Below, piece after piece: positions 1 through 9,678 of a stretch of DNA of 64,000 nucleotides. The stretch spans positions 1-64,000 of the IMG/VR virus record IMGVR_UViG_3300025875_000001. The stretch is one strand, 5' to 3'. Made by a program: the position numbers and the translations under genes. Positions within the stretch are counted from its first letter, which is position 1. Each line of letters begins with the position of its first letter. This DNA comes from a virus. Under the pieces are notes generated by a model. That model did no database searches and was not told where the DNA came from. It worked only from the letters and a program-made list of their open reading frames with translations.

Positions 1-210
1 ATCAAAATAACCACCATCAAACGCGAGAGTCCAGTACCTCGGGCATACTCCATGGTAGCCTCCAATACTGGACGGTGAAAATGTCTGCTTTTGAGTATCC
101 TTACTCTCGCGTCGTTGAGCCAAAAAGCCAGCAGCTATTGTCTGAGCAATGGCAAGCCTATCTAGGGGCTCATTCTTTTGCCATTTCTGGCCTGCAACGA
201 TTCTATCCAT
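1..210 (-). CDS. Cas4-family (PD-(D/E)XK) exonuclease, N-terminal part, truncated by window edge
   Basis: Manual translation MDRIVAGQKW...TFSPSSIGGYHGVCPRYWTLAFDG; the SPSS...CPRYW motif is typical of phage Cas4-like nucleases; lies next to recA and resolvase. Confidence 0.7.
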   Translation of the reverse strand, partial: MDRIVAGQKWQKNEPLDRLAIAQTIAAGFLAQRRESKDTQKQTFSPSSIGGYHGVCPRYWTLAFDGGYFD

Positions 211-211
211 A

Positions 212-553
212 TTATTTAGTGATATACTTTACGGCTCCGGCCAATTCATGCAAACTATCAGCCAAGCTCATATATATATTCTTCTTCTCCTTGTGTATTG
301 TAGCCTTATCATACGTCATATATGCCTTTGCTTGAAGCTTAAATTTCATACTCAAAGCTTCAAGCTGCACAATTAATGGACCGGCCCTATTTATTGGTAC
401 ATCTGGTCTAGCTATTAATTTTATCAGTAATGTTAACGCTGTGTCAACATCATCGTCATTCATTTCTCCATTTACAAGGTCTAATTCATAAATGTCAGAT
501 ATCTTTTTAAGCACTTGATCTGGTTCTAGATGACTTTCAATAGGATGATTCAT
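212..553 (-). CDS. hypothetical protein
   Basis: 113-aa ORF tightly packed in operon. Confidence 0.75.
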   Translation of the reverse strand: MNHPIESHLEPDQVLKKISDIYELDLVNGEMNDDDVDTALTLLIKLIARPDVPINRAGPLIVQLEALSMKFKLQAKAYMTYDKATIHKEKKNIYMSLADSLHELAGAVKYITK

Positions 554-852
554 TCCATCTCCACATCTCTTTTATAGGCAGCCCACAGTTCCAAAAACAT
601 GCTTTCACTAATTACCATCATTCTAGCCTGGTTTCCTAATACTACCTTTAATGCAGGCTCAGTACGATTAGATATCGCATCACTGCAAATTTTGGCCCAT
701 ACTGTTTGGCTTAGACCAAAAGACTTTTCGTACTCTTTTATGTCTACTGTTAGTACACCATCTAAAATACAGTCACCTTTTTGATGCTTACCTCTACCGC
801 TATTTTTTGTAAGCACGGCTCCGATCCTCTTTGCTTCCCCGGCTTCGCTCAC
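550..852 (-). CDS. Holliday junction resolvase-like nuclease (Hjc / PD-(D/E)XK type)
   Basis: N-terminal E, NSGRG, KGD and VDIKEY (D...D/ExK) catalytic pattern; recombination cluster. Confidence 0.65.
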   Translation of the reverse strand: MSEAGEAKRIGAVLTKNSGRGKHQKGDCILDGVLTVDIKEYEKSFGLSQTVWAKICSDAISNRTEPALKVVLGNQARMMVISESMFLELWAAYKRDVEME

Positions 853-1049
853 TGTATTCTAAACTTCTCTGCGTAATTTTTATGTCCATTACCACAAAAC
901 CATACCGCTAGCTCTTCATTGGGATAGTATTCAGCAACTAAAGCATAGCTTTCGCAATGATTACATTGATAATTGCCGCTTATTGCCTGACCTTTCGGTC
1001 TGGCTGGCTCTGACTTGTCACCGCCAAATAAATCACTCAGTCTGCTCAT
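849..1049 (-). CDS. small zinc-ribbon protein
   Basis: CNHC ... CGNGH; 4-nt overlap with downstream gene. Confidence 0.6.
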   Translation of the reverse strand: MSRLSDLFGGDKSEPARPKGQAISGNYQCNHCESYALVAEYYPNEELAVWFCGNGHKNYAEKFRIQ

Positions 1050-2079
1050 CGTCCGCCTCTTCTATAATTTCATCAATAACGCCATCTAACGCCAAGTCTA
1101 GCTCTTTACGAATGTCTGCATAAAGCTGTGGGTCACTTCTTACCGCTTCTACAGTATTTGCCCTACCCTGCCATTTACGATCACCGAATGAAGGCCAAGT
1201 AGTTCCTTGGAGAACACCAGTTTCAATAGCCATATCAACAAGCTCACCGGCCTGATCTATTCCCACAAAGTCACCATAGTAATAAACATCATAGGTTCCC
1301 TTGGTATTTTGTCTGCCTAACTTATTCTTTTCAATAATAAAGTCAACGTGACGACCCACCTGTTGCTCTACTAACTTATCTCCTACTGGCAATCTTTTCT
1401 TAATTGAGTTGGTATCAGAGTTAGAACTAGTTAGTTTAATAATTTGGGACGGTATAAACTCCATCTTCATACCACCGTGAGGCACCTGTTTCGTATACAT
1501 CTTTTCGATCTTAGTAGTCGTCTGACTAATTAACACAATTGCTGTGTTGTCTCCAACGTAATGCAAAGCGTTAAGCATCTTGGTGTTACCTTTAGCGTGT
1601 GCACCGACCTGCTTCATGCCGTCGAATTCGTTAAGCTCGCCTTTTTCATCCAAGAATGGGTCCGGCATAATGTCACTGATTGAGTCAATGACCAAGTAGT
1701 CCAAATTGTTTTTTAGCAATGGGACTACTTTGTCAGTAATCGCACCAAAAGACTTCTTTTCAATCATCAATAGCTTCTTGTTGTCTACTCCTAGACGCTC
1801 TGCCCACTCTTTATCCCATGCACCTTCTGCGTCAACCCATGCACCGACTAGTCCCATATCTTGCCATTTAGCTACAGACTGCTGCATCAGTAAGCTTTTA
1901 CCTGCTGAGTTGTTTCCGTAGACTACAGTGAATCTACCTACTCCTATCCCGCCTCCTAGTGCCCTGGTTAATCTTTCGCTGGCCATTGGGAGCCTTCTTG
2001 TCTCCACTTCCTCGGCCATTTTTAGAGTCTTGACGACCTTGGGGTCTAGGCCGCTCAGAAACTCTTCCATCTTGCTCAC
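1033..2079 (-). CDS. recA: RecA/UvsX-like recombinase
   Basis: Walker A GNNSAGKS, WVDAEGAWD, Walker B LVIDSI, ISQTT, KNKLG motifs. Confidence 0.92.
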   Translation of the reverse strand: MSKMEEFLSGLDPKVVKTLKMAEEVETRRLPMASERLTRALGGGIGVGRFTVVYGNNSAGKSLLMQQSVAKWQDMGLVGAWVDAEGAWDKEWAERLGVDNKKLLMIEKKSFGAITDKVVPLLKNNLDYLVIDSISDIMPDPFLDEKGELNEFDGMKQVGAHAKGNTKMLNALHYVGDNTAIVLISQTTTKIEKMYTKQVPHGGMKMEFIPSQIIKLTSSNSDTNSIKKRLPVGDKLVEQQVGRHVDFIIEKNKLGRQNTKGTYDVYYYGDFVGIDQAGELVDMAIETGVLQGTTWPSFGDRKWQGRANTVEAVRSDPQLYADIRKELDLALDGVIDEIIEEADDEQTE

Positions 2080-2239
2080 GTATATACCATTCTCCTTCTA
2101 ATTTTTCCGCTAATGCTTTTATTTCTTTATTGCGGCAAGCTGCCAACCGCTGAATAATGTGTAATAGTTCTTCACTGGCGTCGGTTCTAAACACTAGTAA
2201 GTGCTCGTCTTCGACGCCATGAAGAAAGTACCCTCTCAT
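1934..2239 (-). CDS. hypothetical protein whose C-terminus overlaps the recA 5' end
   Basis: ATG preceded by TATAAT; first ~55 codons fill the gap upstream of recA. Confidence 0.6.
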   Translation of the reverse strand: MRGYFLHGVEDEHLLVFRTDASEELLHIIQRLAACRNKEIKALAEKLEGEWYIREQDGRVSERPRPQGRQDSKNGRGSGDKKAPNGQRKINQGTRRRDRSR

Positions 2240-2251
2240 TGCTATATTATA

Positions 2252-2434
2252 TCAGGCTTTTGCCGGATTCTGTATTATATCCTCAAAAGACACATAATCT
2301 TTTAGATGTTTGCTAACGACAACCAAAGGCATCGAACCATTTAAAAGATCCGGTGTTGTCGTGACCACCGGCTTTCCTTCAATTGTGGCTAGCGTCCATA
2401 CTCTTTCTACCCTAACTAGAAATAGATACCTCAT
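2252..2434 (-). CDS. hypothetical protein
   Basis: 60-aa ORF with ATGA overlap to upstream gene. Confidence 0.65.
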   Translation of the reverse strand: MRYLFLVRVERVWTLATIEGKPVVTTTPDLLNGSMPLVVVSKHLKDYVSFEDIIQNPAKA

Positions 2435-2772
2435 GCCTTTACTCCATGCATCCTTGGGCGCTCCTTATTCTTCTTGGCCTTAGCTTCTAATACGTTGTCT
2501 AATGATGAATACACTACATCCCCGGCCTTTAATGCTGCGTAGAAATCAAAAGTACGGATCAAAATGTCTGCTATTTCTTCAACGACTTTGTATTCACCTT
2601 GGTCCTTACGCAATGCTTCTAAGACTTCTGAAACCTCACTAGCAATTAGAGCTAACTTACTTAGCTGCCAAGTAATGTCTGTTACATCTACGCCATCATA
2701 AAAGCCCTTACTCTTAGCGGTTTCATGTAGCTCTGCTGAAAGGTTATCAAAATCACTCATCTTCTTCTCCAT
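2431..2772 (-). CDS. MazG-like nucleotide pyrophosphohydrolase (all-alpha NTP-PPase)
   Basis: KLALIASEVSEVLEALRK ... EEIADILIR ... KNKERP pattern. Confidence 0.85.
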   Translation of the reverse strand: MEKKMSDFDNLSAELHETAKSKGFYDGVDVTDITWQLSKLALIASEVSEVLEALRKDQGEYKVVEEIADILIRTFDFYAALKAGDVVYSSLDNVLEAKAKKNKERPRMHGVKA

Positions 2773-2923
2773 TCTTGACCAACTTAACGGTCATTGTTCC
2801 GTCACCCTCTGTTACTTCAATTTTGTCCCCGTCGATATGCACTTCACCAGCAGGAACGGTTATTTCATAATTTGGTAATTGCATCAAAATAACTGACAGC
2901 AACGTAATCATCTCATCATTCAT
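2753..2923 (-). CDS. hypothetical protein (56 aa, not in ORF track)
   Basis: Manual translation MNDEMITLLSVILMQLPNY...NGEEDE fills the gap between MazG and HNH genes. Confidence 0.65.
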   Translation of the reverse strand: MNDEMITLLSVILMQLPNYEITVPAGEVHIDGDKIEVTEGDGTMTVKLVKNGEEDE

Positions 2924-3230
2924 TTTTACTCCTATGTTTTATATTTCTATAGTCTTCATTAAGATGTGTTTTCAGCCTATGGCAATTAGCACAAATTGTG
3001 ATGTGGTTGGCCGGGTCGTTATTATCGTGGTTTCCATCTGCATGATCTACATCTAATTGACATAGGTGTTCCGGCTCAAAACCACATGCCTCACAAACAT
3101 CTTTTTTAGACCTTCTATACGCAAACTTACCACTCGGCAGCCGACCCTGCCCCACACACGCCCTACATAACAACTTACCCTTTTGAGCTAAGTTTCTTTC
3201 ACATTTTCTACATATACGTCTATCAGACAT
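2916..3230 (-). CDS. HNH endonuclease, zinc-binding
   Basis: CxxC motifs, LDVDHADGNHDNN...CANCH. Confidence 0.85.
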   Translation of the reverse strand: MSDRRICRKCERNLAQKGKLLCRACVGQGRLPSGKFAYRRSKKDVCEACGFEPEHLCQLDVDHADGNHDNNDPANHITICANCHRLKTHLNEDYRNIKHRSKNE

Positions 3231-6200
3231 TATCTACAAATAACTGCCCTTCTTTCGTCCGGCCAAATTTTACGGCCACAGACGTGCCTTCCTTGCAAGC
3301 AGAATAAACCTTGGGGAAGTTACCTGGAAATACTAATGCGTGAGCCAAGCTCTTGTCTGCATCAGAAAACACCATATCCGCCATTTTCTTACCAGCTTTT
3401 GTCGTCCTAGTCCTGAATCCGACTATTTTTACAAAATCATCTGTAAGCTCTTGGTAATATGGGGTATTCAGATATTCGGCTATTGCATGACTACTCTCTG
3501 TAGTCACTTCTGATGCTGGCAGGTACTTGATTATATTCTTACCAGCCAAAATCATTGCATATTGCTTACCCTCTTCAATAGGTGTTTCTGGTCCAGTAAA
3601 CACACCAATAGAACCTGTTTCGTCTAATAACTCTACCAGAGACCAGCTGTCTCCGTTCTTTATTTTCTTTACCATACCCATGACCACAACAGCATCGCCC
3701 TCTACATATTCTTCTAGCGGCGTAAGCTGCGCTTTCATACTAGGCGTCAATGTATTAGAAAATGCTGGCACACGCAAGTATTCGTAAAAATTATCTCGCT
3801 CTTCACCAGTCAAAAGGTTATCATCAAATGCAGCCGCGCCTACCTTGTTCAAAGACGTTAACTGCCTGGAACCTAAACCACTACCTTTTGCACCCATAAA
3901 GGATTGCAACGCTTCATAATCTTTGAACGGTGCATATTGAAGTAATCTTGTGGCTGTTATCTCGGAAAAATACTTAATATTTGAGATACCGAATCTAATA
4001 GCGTCACCCTCAATACCAAAATTGACCGCCGACTTGTTCACATGTGGCAGCAAGATCTTAATACCCATACGCTTTGCCTCAATAAGATATTCAGTTATCG
4101 CGTCCTTGTCGTCTTCATTAGCCAACAACGCCGTCATGAATTCTAAAGGATAATGAGTCTTTAGCCATGTACACCAATAACTAAGAGTTGAATAAGCCAC
4201 AGCGTGAGACTTGTTAAATGAATAGTTAGCGTGAGCCTCAAAGTCATGCCATAGCTTTTCAGCTACCACCTTGCTTACCTTTTGGCTAGCACCCTCTACA
4301 AATTCTTCTTTATAAGGCAGGAACTTAGACACGTCTTCCTTCTTACCAATAAGCTTCCTAACCTTATCAGCAGTTGCCATCTTCATTCCGGCCAATTCTG
4401 TCATCGTAAGCATAACCTGCTCTTGATACAGAATCTCACCATATGTGTCCTTGGTGAATTCTTCCATGCATGGGTGATAATATTGTACATCTGCTTTGCC
4501 AGACTTTCTAGCAATATACTCAGCACCGATAGAATCCATAGCACCCGGCCTTACCAATGCATTAGAGGCGCTAAGCTCATCAAACGACCACACTCCACCA
4601 ATCTTTAAAATTAGCTGTGTATATGGCGCACCACCACACTGAGGAATACCCTTTGTGTAACCGGCAGAAAGCATCTCATAAACTTTACGATCATCTAATG
4701 AAATCTTCTCCAAATCAAGGTCTTTGCCTGTACGTTCTTTAATCATCTTTAGACTATCTTCAATAACAGTAAGATCTTTAAGACCCAAAAGGTCGATCTT
4801 AATAAAACCAATGTCTGCTGCATCTCGCATATCATATGCAAGCATGGGCACCCGCTCTTTAGTCTTAGTATCTAAACCCGTTTCAATAGGGGCATATTTA
4901 CTAATAGGTGCGTTACTTACGATCATACCGGCAGCGTGCTTACCTCTTGACTTAACCCGGCCAATTAGCTCTTTAGCAAGCTTTTCAACCTCAGGATACT
5001 TATTTTTATATTCCACAATCAATGGATCAGTACTACGCTGATAATCATCAAATGTTTCAATCTTCTTTGTTACCTTTGTAGTCTCACCTAGGTTAACCTT
5101 GAATGCGCGGGCGGCTGCCTTAATTGGTTCCTTTTCGGCAAATACACCTACGGTAGCGATGCTTCCTGTGTATGGATACCTACGTCTAACATAATCCTGC
5201 ACTTCACCACGGCGCTTGTCTTCAAAGTCAATATCAACGTCAGGCCAGTCATTACGTTCAGGGTTAATAAACCTCATGAATAGTAGGTTGTATTCTAATG
5301 GAGGGACGGTAGTAATGTTAAGCAAGTAGCAAATCTCCGAGCCCGCCGCAGATCCACGGCCTGGGCCAACCCGAATTCCCTGACTCTTCGCCCACTGTAC
5401 AATATCAGCCACAACAATGAAGTATGGGGCAAAATTCTTATCCATAATAATGTCATACTCTTCCCACGCTCTAGCTACAGCAACAGGATCTTTATCGTGA
5501 CCAGTACGCTTCAAGCCCTCTTTGATCATTCGGCTAAATACGATACCAGGATCTTCCTCAGGCTTTGGCAACAAATCTAAATTCTGATAAAACTCATATG
5601 TTCCGATCTGATTAGCAATCTCATTGGTATTAGCATACAAATCATCACGATCAATACCTTGAGCCTTAAATTCATTCTTGTGCTCTTCAATTGACTTCAA
5701 GTAGATTTCAATCTCTTGAAAAGTCATCTTACGGTCTGGATACAAATAATTAAAGCGCTCTAAAATATCCATCTTTTGAGACCTGGCAAAATCAAACTCT
5801 TTGTTAAGTTTGGGGCTGGTCGATAAGATCAATAACGCTTCTTCAATCCAAAGGTCTTCTTTTTTGGCATAGTGACAATCACTTGTTGCAACTGGCGGAA
5901 TGCCTAAAGTGTCAGCGATCAGCAATAGCTTGTTGTTCATATCCTCACCATTGTGAGTCTGTAGCTCCATATAGAACCTATCGCCTAGAATCTCTTTTAA
6001 GACCGCCGCGTATTCAAACGCTTTGTCCATATCATCTCGACTGATAGCCTTACAGATCAAACTGTTAAGGCAGCCGCTCAAAACTATCAAACCATCGTTG
6101 TCTTCCTCTAACAGATCCAGATCAATACGTGGCTTGCTGTAGAAACCCTCTGCGTAAGCCTTCTCGTTGACCCTCTGCAAAGTTTCTAGACCACCCTGGT

Positions 6201-6495
6201 CTCGGGCTAACAGAATGATGTGATTATATACAGCGTCGCCCTCTGAGCGGGCTGCTTTGGTTCTTTTGTCGAACCTATCGGTTGGGGAAATGTAAGCTTC
6301 CATACCTAGAATTGGTACGATGCCTGCCTCTTTAGCTGCTTTCTGGAAATGGCGGTGGCCACTCAATGTTCCATGATCAGTCAAAGCCATATGAGACATT
6401 CCTAATTCTTTAGCTCTCGCCAGATATTCTTCCGGTGAATTAAGGCCATCTAACGTAGAATAATATGAATGAGCATGTAATTCAATATTTTGCAT
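3223..6495 (-). CDS. dnaE: DNA polymerase III alpha subunit (family C)
   Basis: PHP motif LHAHSYYS/TDHG, GRGSAAGS, PDVDIDF, YSFNKSHA, OB-fold C-terminus; ATG at 6495 follows GGAGG and overlaps upstream TGA. Confidence 0.97.
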   Translation of the reverse strand: MQNIELHAHSYYSTLDGLNSPEEYLARAKELGMSHMALTDHGTLSGHRHFQKAAKEAGIVPILGMEAYISPTDRFDKRTKAARSEGDAVYNHIILLARDQGGLETLQRVNEKAYAEGFYSKPRIDLDLLEEDNDGLIVLSGCLNSLICKAISRDDMDKAFEYAAVLKEILGDRFYMELQTHNGEDMNNKLLLIADTLGIPPVATSDCHYAKKEDLWIEEALLILSTSPKLNKEFDFARSQKMDILERFNYLYPDRKMTFQEIEIYLKSIEEHKNEFKAQGIDRDDLYANTNEIANQIGTYEFYQNLDLLPKPEEDPGIVFSRMIKEGLKRTGHDKDPVAVARAWEEYDIIMDKNFAPYFIVVADIVQWAKSQGIRVGPGRGSAAGSEICYLLNITTVPPLEYNLLFMRFINPERNDWPDVDIDFEDKRRGEVQDYVRRRYPYTGSIATVGVFAEKEPIKAAARAFKVNLGETTKVTKKIETFDDYQRSTDPLIVEYKNKYPEVEKLAKELIGRVKSRGKHAAGMIVSNAPISKYAPIETGLDTKTKERVPMLAYDMRDAADIGFIKIDLLGLKDLTVIEDSLKMIKERTGKDLDLEKISLDDRKVYEMLSAGYTKGIPQCGGAPYTQLILKIGGVWSFDELSASNALVRPGAMDSIGAEYIARKSGKADVQYYHPCMEEFTKDTYGEILYQEQVMLTMTELAGMKMATADKVRKLIGKKEDVSKFLPYKEEFVEGASQKVSKVVAEKLWHDFEAHANYSFNKSHAVAYSTLSYWCTWLKTHYPLEFMTALLANEDDKDAITEYLIEAKRMGIKILLPHVNKSAVNFGIEGDAIRFGISNIKYFSEITATRLLQYAPFKDYEALQSFMGAKGSGLGSRQLTSLNKVGAAAFDDNLLTGEERDNFYEYLRVPAFSNTLTPSMKAQLTPLEEYVEGDAVVVMGMVKKIKNGDSWSLVELLDETGSIGVFTGPETPIEEGKQYAMILAGKNIIKYLPASEVTTESSHAIAEYLNTPYYQELTDDFVKIVGFRTRTTKAGKKMADMVFSDADKSLAHALVFPGNFPKVYSACKEGTSVAVKFGRTKEGQLFVDNV

Positions 6496-6971
6496 CAGAT
6501 ATGCCTCCAAGTCCGGCCAGCTCTTATATGACCTATCGTACCTTCAACCACACCAAACTTAGACGCTATAGCAGAATCAGATTTATTATCTCGCAGCATC
6601 TTTTTTATCTGCACTACTTGATCTTCTTTTAAACGAGAATTACCATTTTTACTACCATTGGCCATAGTTCCGTGAGCTATCTTATGAGATATGTTCTCTT
6701 TCTGAGTATAATAACCTAAATTGTCAACTTGGTTATTTTGATTATTACCATCCTTGTGGCCAATATTTTTACCATTTGGCTTTTCCCCAATAAAAACTAA
6801 TGCAACTAATCTATGAATTCTAAAAGTTTTACCAGACAGTCTCACAGTTAAATAGCCGTCTAAATCGGGAGCTGGCTTATGTATTAAGCCATTAGATATA
6901 GTTTTTACTCTGCCTAAATTACTCACGCTATATTTTGGATCTAAATTAATTATTTTCCATTCTTCTTGCAT
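6495..6971 (-). CDS. NUMOD4-HNH homing endonuclease with C-terminal HTH
   Basis: EEWKII...YSVSNLGRV; IHRLVALVF...IGHKDGNNQNNQVDNL; C-terminal helix-turn-helix. Confidence 0.9.
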   Translation of the reverse strand: MQEEWKIINLDPKYSVSNLGRVKTISNGLIHKPAPDLDGYLTVRLSGKTFRIHRLVALVFIGEKPNGKNIGHKDGNNQNNQVDNLGYYTQKENISHKIAHGTMANGSKNGNSRLKEDQVVQIKKMLRDNKSDSAIASKFGVVEGTIGHIRAGRTWRHI

Positions 6972-7004
6972 TTTACTCCTTTGGTTTATAGCCGCTATGG
7001 GCTT

Positions 7005-7208
7005 TTATTGATCGTCTTCGCATTCGCCGCACACACAAATGCCATTCTTGTATATAATGCCACTGACTATGAACTTTGCATAGTCTAATGTTGTTATTAG
7101 GTCTACTAAATCTTGACCTTCAAATTCTTTGTCACCCTTAAATATTACAATGTCTTCTATTAAATCATCTAGTACGTCGTTTAGATACTTGCTGTCCGCG
7201 TCGTCCAT
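7005..7208 (-). CDS. hypothetical protein
   Basis: GGAGG SD upstream; acidic 67-aa ORF ending CVCGEC. Confidence 0.7.
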   Translation of the reverse strand: MDDADSKYLNDVLDDLIEDIVIFKGDKEFEGQDLVDLITTLDYAKFIVSGIIYKNGICVCGECEDDQ

Positions 7209-7485
7209 TTAACCTCCTATGTTTTATAAATAGCAAAGTAGCTGTTCTTAAGTCCCCGCCGTTTTTGCGGTGGAACGTTTTAACGTCTCTATGACAGGAG
7301 GGGCATAAAGCCACAAGATCTGACAAACGCTCATTTCCTAACCGGTCATACGTCATGTGATGTAGTTGTATGACGCCATCTATCTTAGCACATGCTCGGC
7401 AGTACTTGCCGTTAGTTTTAAAATAAAGCTCTCTTTTAGCCGCCCATTTCGCTGACTTGATATAAACCATATATTCTGCGTTCAT
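7165..7485 (-). CDS. HNH endonuclease
   Basis: CRAC...LHHMTYDRLGNERLSDLVALCPSCH. Confidence 0.85.
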   Translation of the reverse strand: MNAEYMVYIKSAKWAAKRELYFKTNGKYCRACAKIDGVIQLHHMTYDRLGNERLSDLVALCPSCHRDVKTFHRKNGGDLRTATLLFIKHRRLNGRRGQQVSKRRTR

Positions 7486-7492
7486 ATATGTG

Positions 7493-7532
7493 AAACGGCG
7501 GGCACAAGATATTTAATCCCATGCCCGCCGTT
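7493..7532 (-). terminator. putative intrinsic terminator after ssb
   Basis: AACGGCGGGCA/TGCCCGCCGTT inverted repeat followed by a short T run on the minus strand. Confidence 0.65.
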
Positions 7533-7536
7533 AGTC

Positions 7537-8274
7537 TCACCAGCCTTGTGAATCCTGAACGTTACTTGTCTCTGGTTCAGATTCGACTACTACAGGAGCT
7601 TCTGTTGCGCCCCGGCCTCTCCAAACCTTGCCATACCATTCTGGCTGAGCATCGTATGCGATGTTACGCAATACATTTTCTTCAATTGAGAAATCATTTT
7701 CAATCTCATCTGGAACATCGAAAGGCTCGCCACGTAGCTTCTTCAAAAGCCACTGAGTCTCTGTCTTTTCTCCAACCTTAGTAATACGATAATTACTATC
7801 AGTAACCGTATTGTCGTCAATAGCATCTTGAATTAGAGCCTGAACGAATGTACTATTGTAATTTCTGCTAATAAGCATTAACTCTGGGTTACTACCATCA
7901 AAGGTAACCAAAGCCTTGATATAAGTATTAGCTTTAGTCTTCCAGTTTCCATTTACCGTGTCGTCCTTGACGTACTCGGCACTTTTTCGCTCACACGCAT
8001 AGCAGAAACCTTCTGATTCCTTTGTACAACTTGCGCGAGCCTTAAAGCCTTCTTTACCGGGAGCTTCATGCTCAATCTCGGTAACGGCTAAGCCAAATCT
8101 TTCATCATAATTCTCTGCTGCTTCATCAAACTCTTGTAGGAATCTTACAGTCGCAACTGTAACACCCTTCTCAAATTTAAAATACTTTACTGGTACTCTA
8201 TCGCCCGACGCTGCCTTACGGGCCTCTTGTTCTTTACTGAAATTTGCTAGTGCAGCCAATCCTTTTAGTGGCAT
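7537..8274 (-). CDS. single-stranded DNA-binding protein (gp32-like)
   Basis: HEAP...C...CYACE zinc motif, acidic C-terminal tail ending in W, located beside primase. Confidence 0.75.
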   Translation of the reverse strand: MPLKGLAALANFSKEQEARKAASGDRVPVKYFKFEKGVTVATVRFLQEFDEAAENYDERFGLAVTEIEHEAPGKEGFKARASCTKESEGFCYACERKSAEYVKDDTVNGNWKTKANTYIKALVTFDGSNPELMLISRNYNSTFVQALIQDAIDDNTVTDSNYRITKVGEKTETQWLLKKLRGEPFDVPDEIENDFSIEENVLRNIAYDAQPEWYGKVWRGRGATEAPVVVESEPETSNVQDSQGW

Positions 8275-8347
8275 TATTTATTTTCTCCTTAGTTATATTA
8301 TCAGAGCCTCCATGAGCCTCATCTATTATTATAGCACATAATTCACA

Positions 8348-9445
8348 TCAAACGATAGAATTTAACAACTGATACTCATAATTTGGCTTAGCATTTCTTA
8401 AACACTGACGAATCTGATCATCCGTCATTTCGCCGGGATCTTTCACAAATCTATCTTTTGTTGGGTGCTTTGGCCATCTATCTTTATCATACCAAGACCA
8501 ATATATCTTTGTACCTATTAGCTCATTAGCTATCTTATTGCCTAACTCTAATCCCGGCCTATGTCCTGCACATAACTCCAAACCTCTCTTCCGGCATTTT
8601 GCACAACCGTCATAAAATTTTGGCTGATCATTATCTGTCATGATTATGATCTTATCAAAAGACCTTTGTACTAGCTGCTTATGAAACTTACTAAAGTGAC
8701 CCATAAGTAATGCCATAGCGCCCACGGTTCCAGCCTGATCTATTCTCATGGCATCAAATGACGCTTCTACTATTACACCAGTACCACCAGACCTTTTAGC
8801 TCTATGGTAATTAAACAAAGTTTTGCTAGTTGGCAAACCCTTTGAATTCTTAAACACCTTATTAGTTGATGAAGGTGACCTTCCAATAACACCTACCGGC
8901 ATTCCATCTGGATCATGCATAGGAACCATAATAAGGTCACGCTTGGCTGAATATCCTATTTGAAACTTTTGTAACGTCTCTTCGGTAAACCCCCGATCTT
9001 TCGTAAGGTATTTTACCGCCTGAGGATGTTTCCATAAATCTTTATGTCTATCTTCAATTATTTGTCCATCAAATGGCACAAAATCTATCTTCTCTTCGAT
9101 CAACTTTTCAAAGCGATCTGCGAAACTGACCCCTGTTACTTCCGCCTTTTTAATAAGTCTAGCTGCTTGAAAAAATGTATAATCTCCTACATGCTGCACA
9201 AGGTCCATCAAATTACCAGTTACATTGCAGGCTGGGTTAAAACAAAAGAATAGACCAGTTTCAAAGCTTATAGCAAAACTAGGACTAGAGTTATTATTAT
9301 GATAAGGGCAGAAGCATATATAGTCTTCCGGCGTTTCCGATTCAATAGACAAACCTATCTCTTGTAAAACACCTCTTACTTGATCTTGATCATAGTTATT
9401 TATTTCCCTACGAGTCTGTTGTTGATCACTCCTTTGGAACGCCAT
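8348..9445 (-). CDS. dnaG: DNA primase (CHC2 zinc finger + TOPRIM)
   Basis: CFCPYH...CFNPAC zinc finger; IVEASFD and DND TOPRIM motifs. Confidence 0.9.
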   Translation of the reverse strand: MAFQRSDQQQTRREINNYDQDQVRGVLQEIGLSIESETPEDYICFCPYHNNNSSPSFAISFETGLFFCFNPACNVTGNLMDLVQHVGDYTFFQAARLIKKAEVTGVSFADRFEKLIEEKIDFVPFDGQIIEDRHKDLWKHPQAVKYLTKDRGFTEETLQKFQIGYSAKRDLIMVPMHDPDGMPVGVIGRSPSSTNKVFKNSKGLPTSKTLFNYHRAKRSGGTGVIVEASFDAMRIDQAGTVGAMALLMGHFSKFHKQLVQRSFDKIIIMTDNDQPKFYDGCAKCRKRGLELCAGHRPGLELGNKIANELIGTKIYWSWYDKDRWPKHPTKDRFVKDPGEMTDDQIRQCLRNAKPNYEYQLLNSIV

Positions 9446-9678
9446 GCTTTTTCCTCTCCAACATATACTCCCTGCATAGTATACGAAAATTCATACCACT
9501 GATCTTTACTATTCCAATATGTTCTAAACACTGGATCAATATCATAGAGTGGAACAAACCCTTGATCACGCATTTCTGTCTCTAAAACATTTTTATACGT
9601 TTCTTGCGCCTGCTTAAACCGTTTATCATCATCAATAATTCCGGCGTGCCTAAATCTTCTTATTATTTGATCACTCAT
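9400..9678 (-). CDS. hypothetical protein
   Basis: 92-aa ORF between helicase and primase. Confidence 0.75.
   Translation of the reverse strand: MSDQIIRRFRHAGIIDDDKRFKQAQETYKNVLETEMRDQGFVPLYDIDPVFRTYWNSKDQWYEFSYTMQGVYVGEEKAWRSKGVINNRLVGK

Noticed and set aside
1-210. Cas4-like gene as sign of a CRISPR-Cas system
   Set aside because: No repeat-spacer array or other cas genes seen; solo Cas4-like nucleases are common in phage recombination modules.
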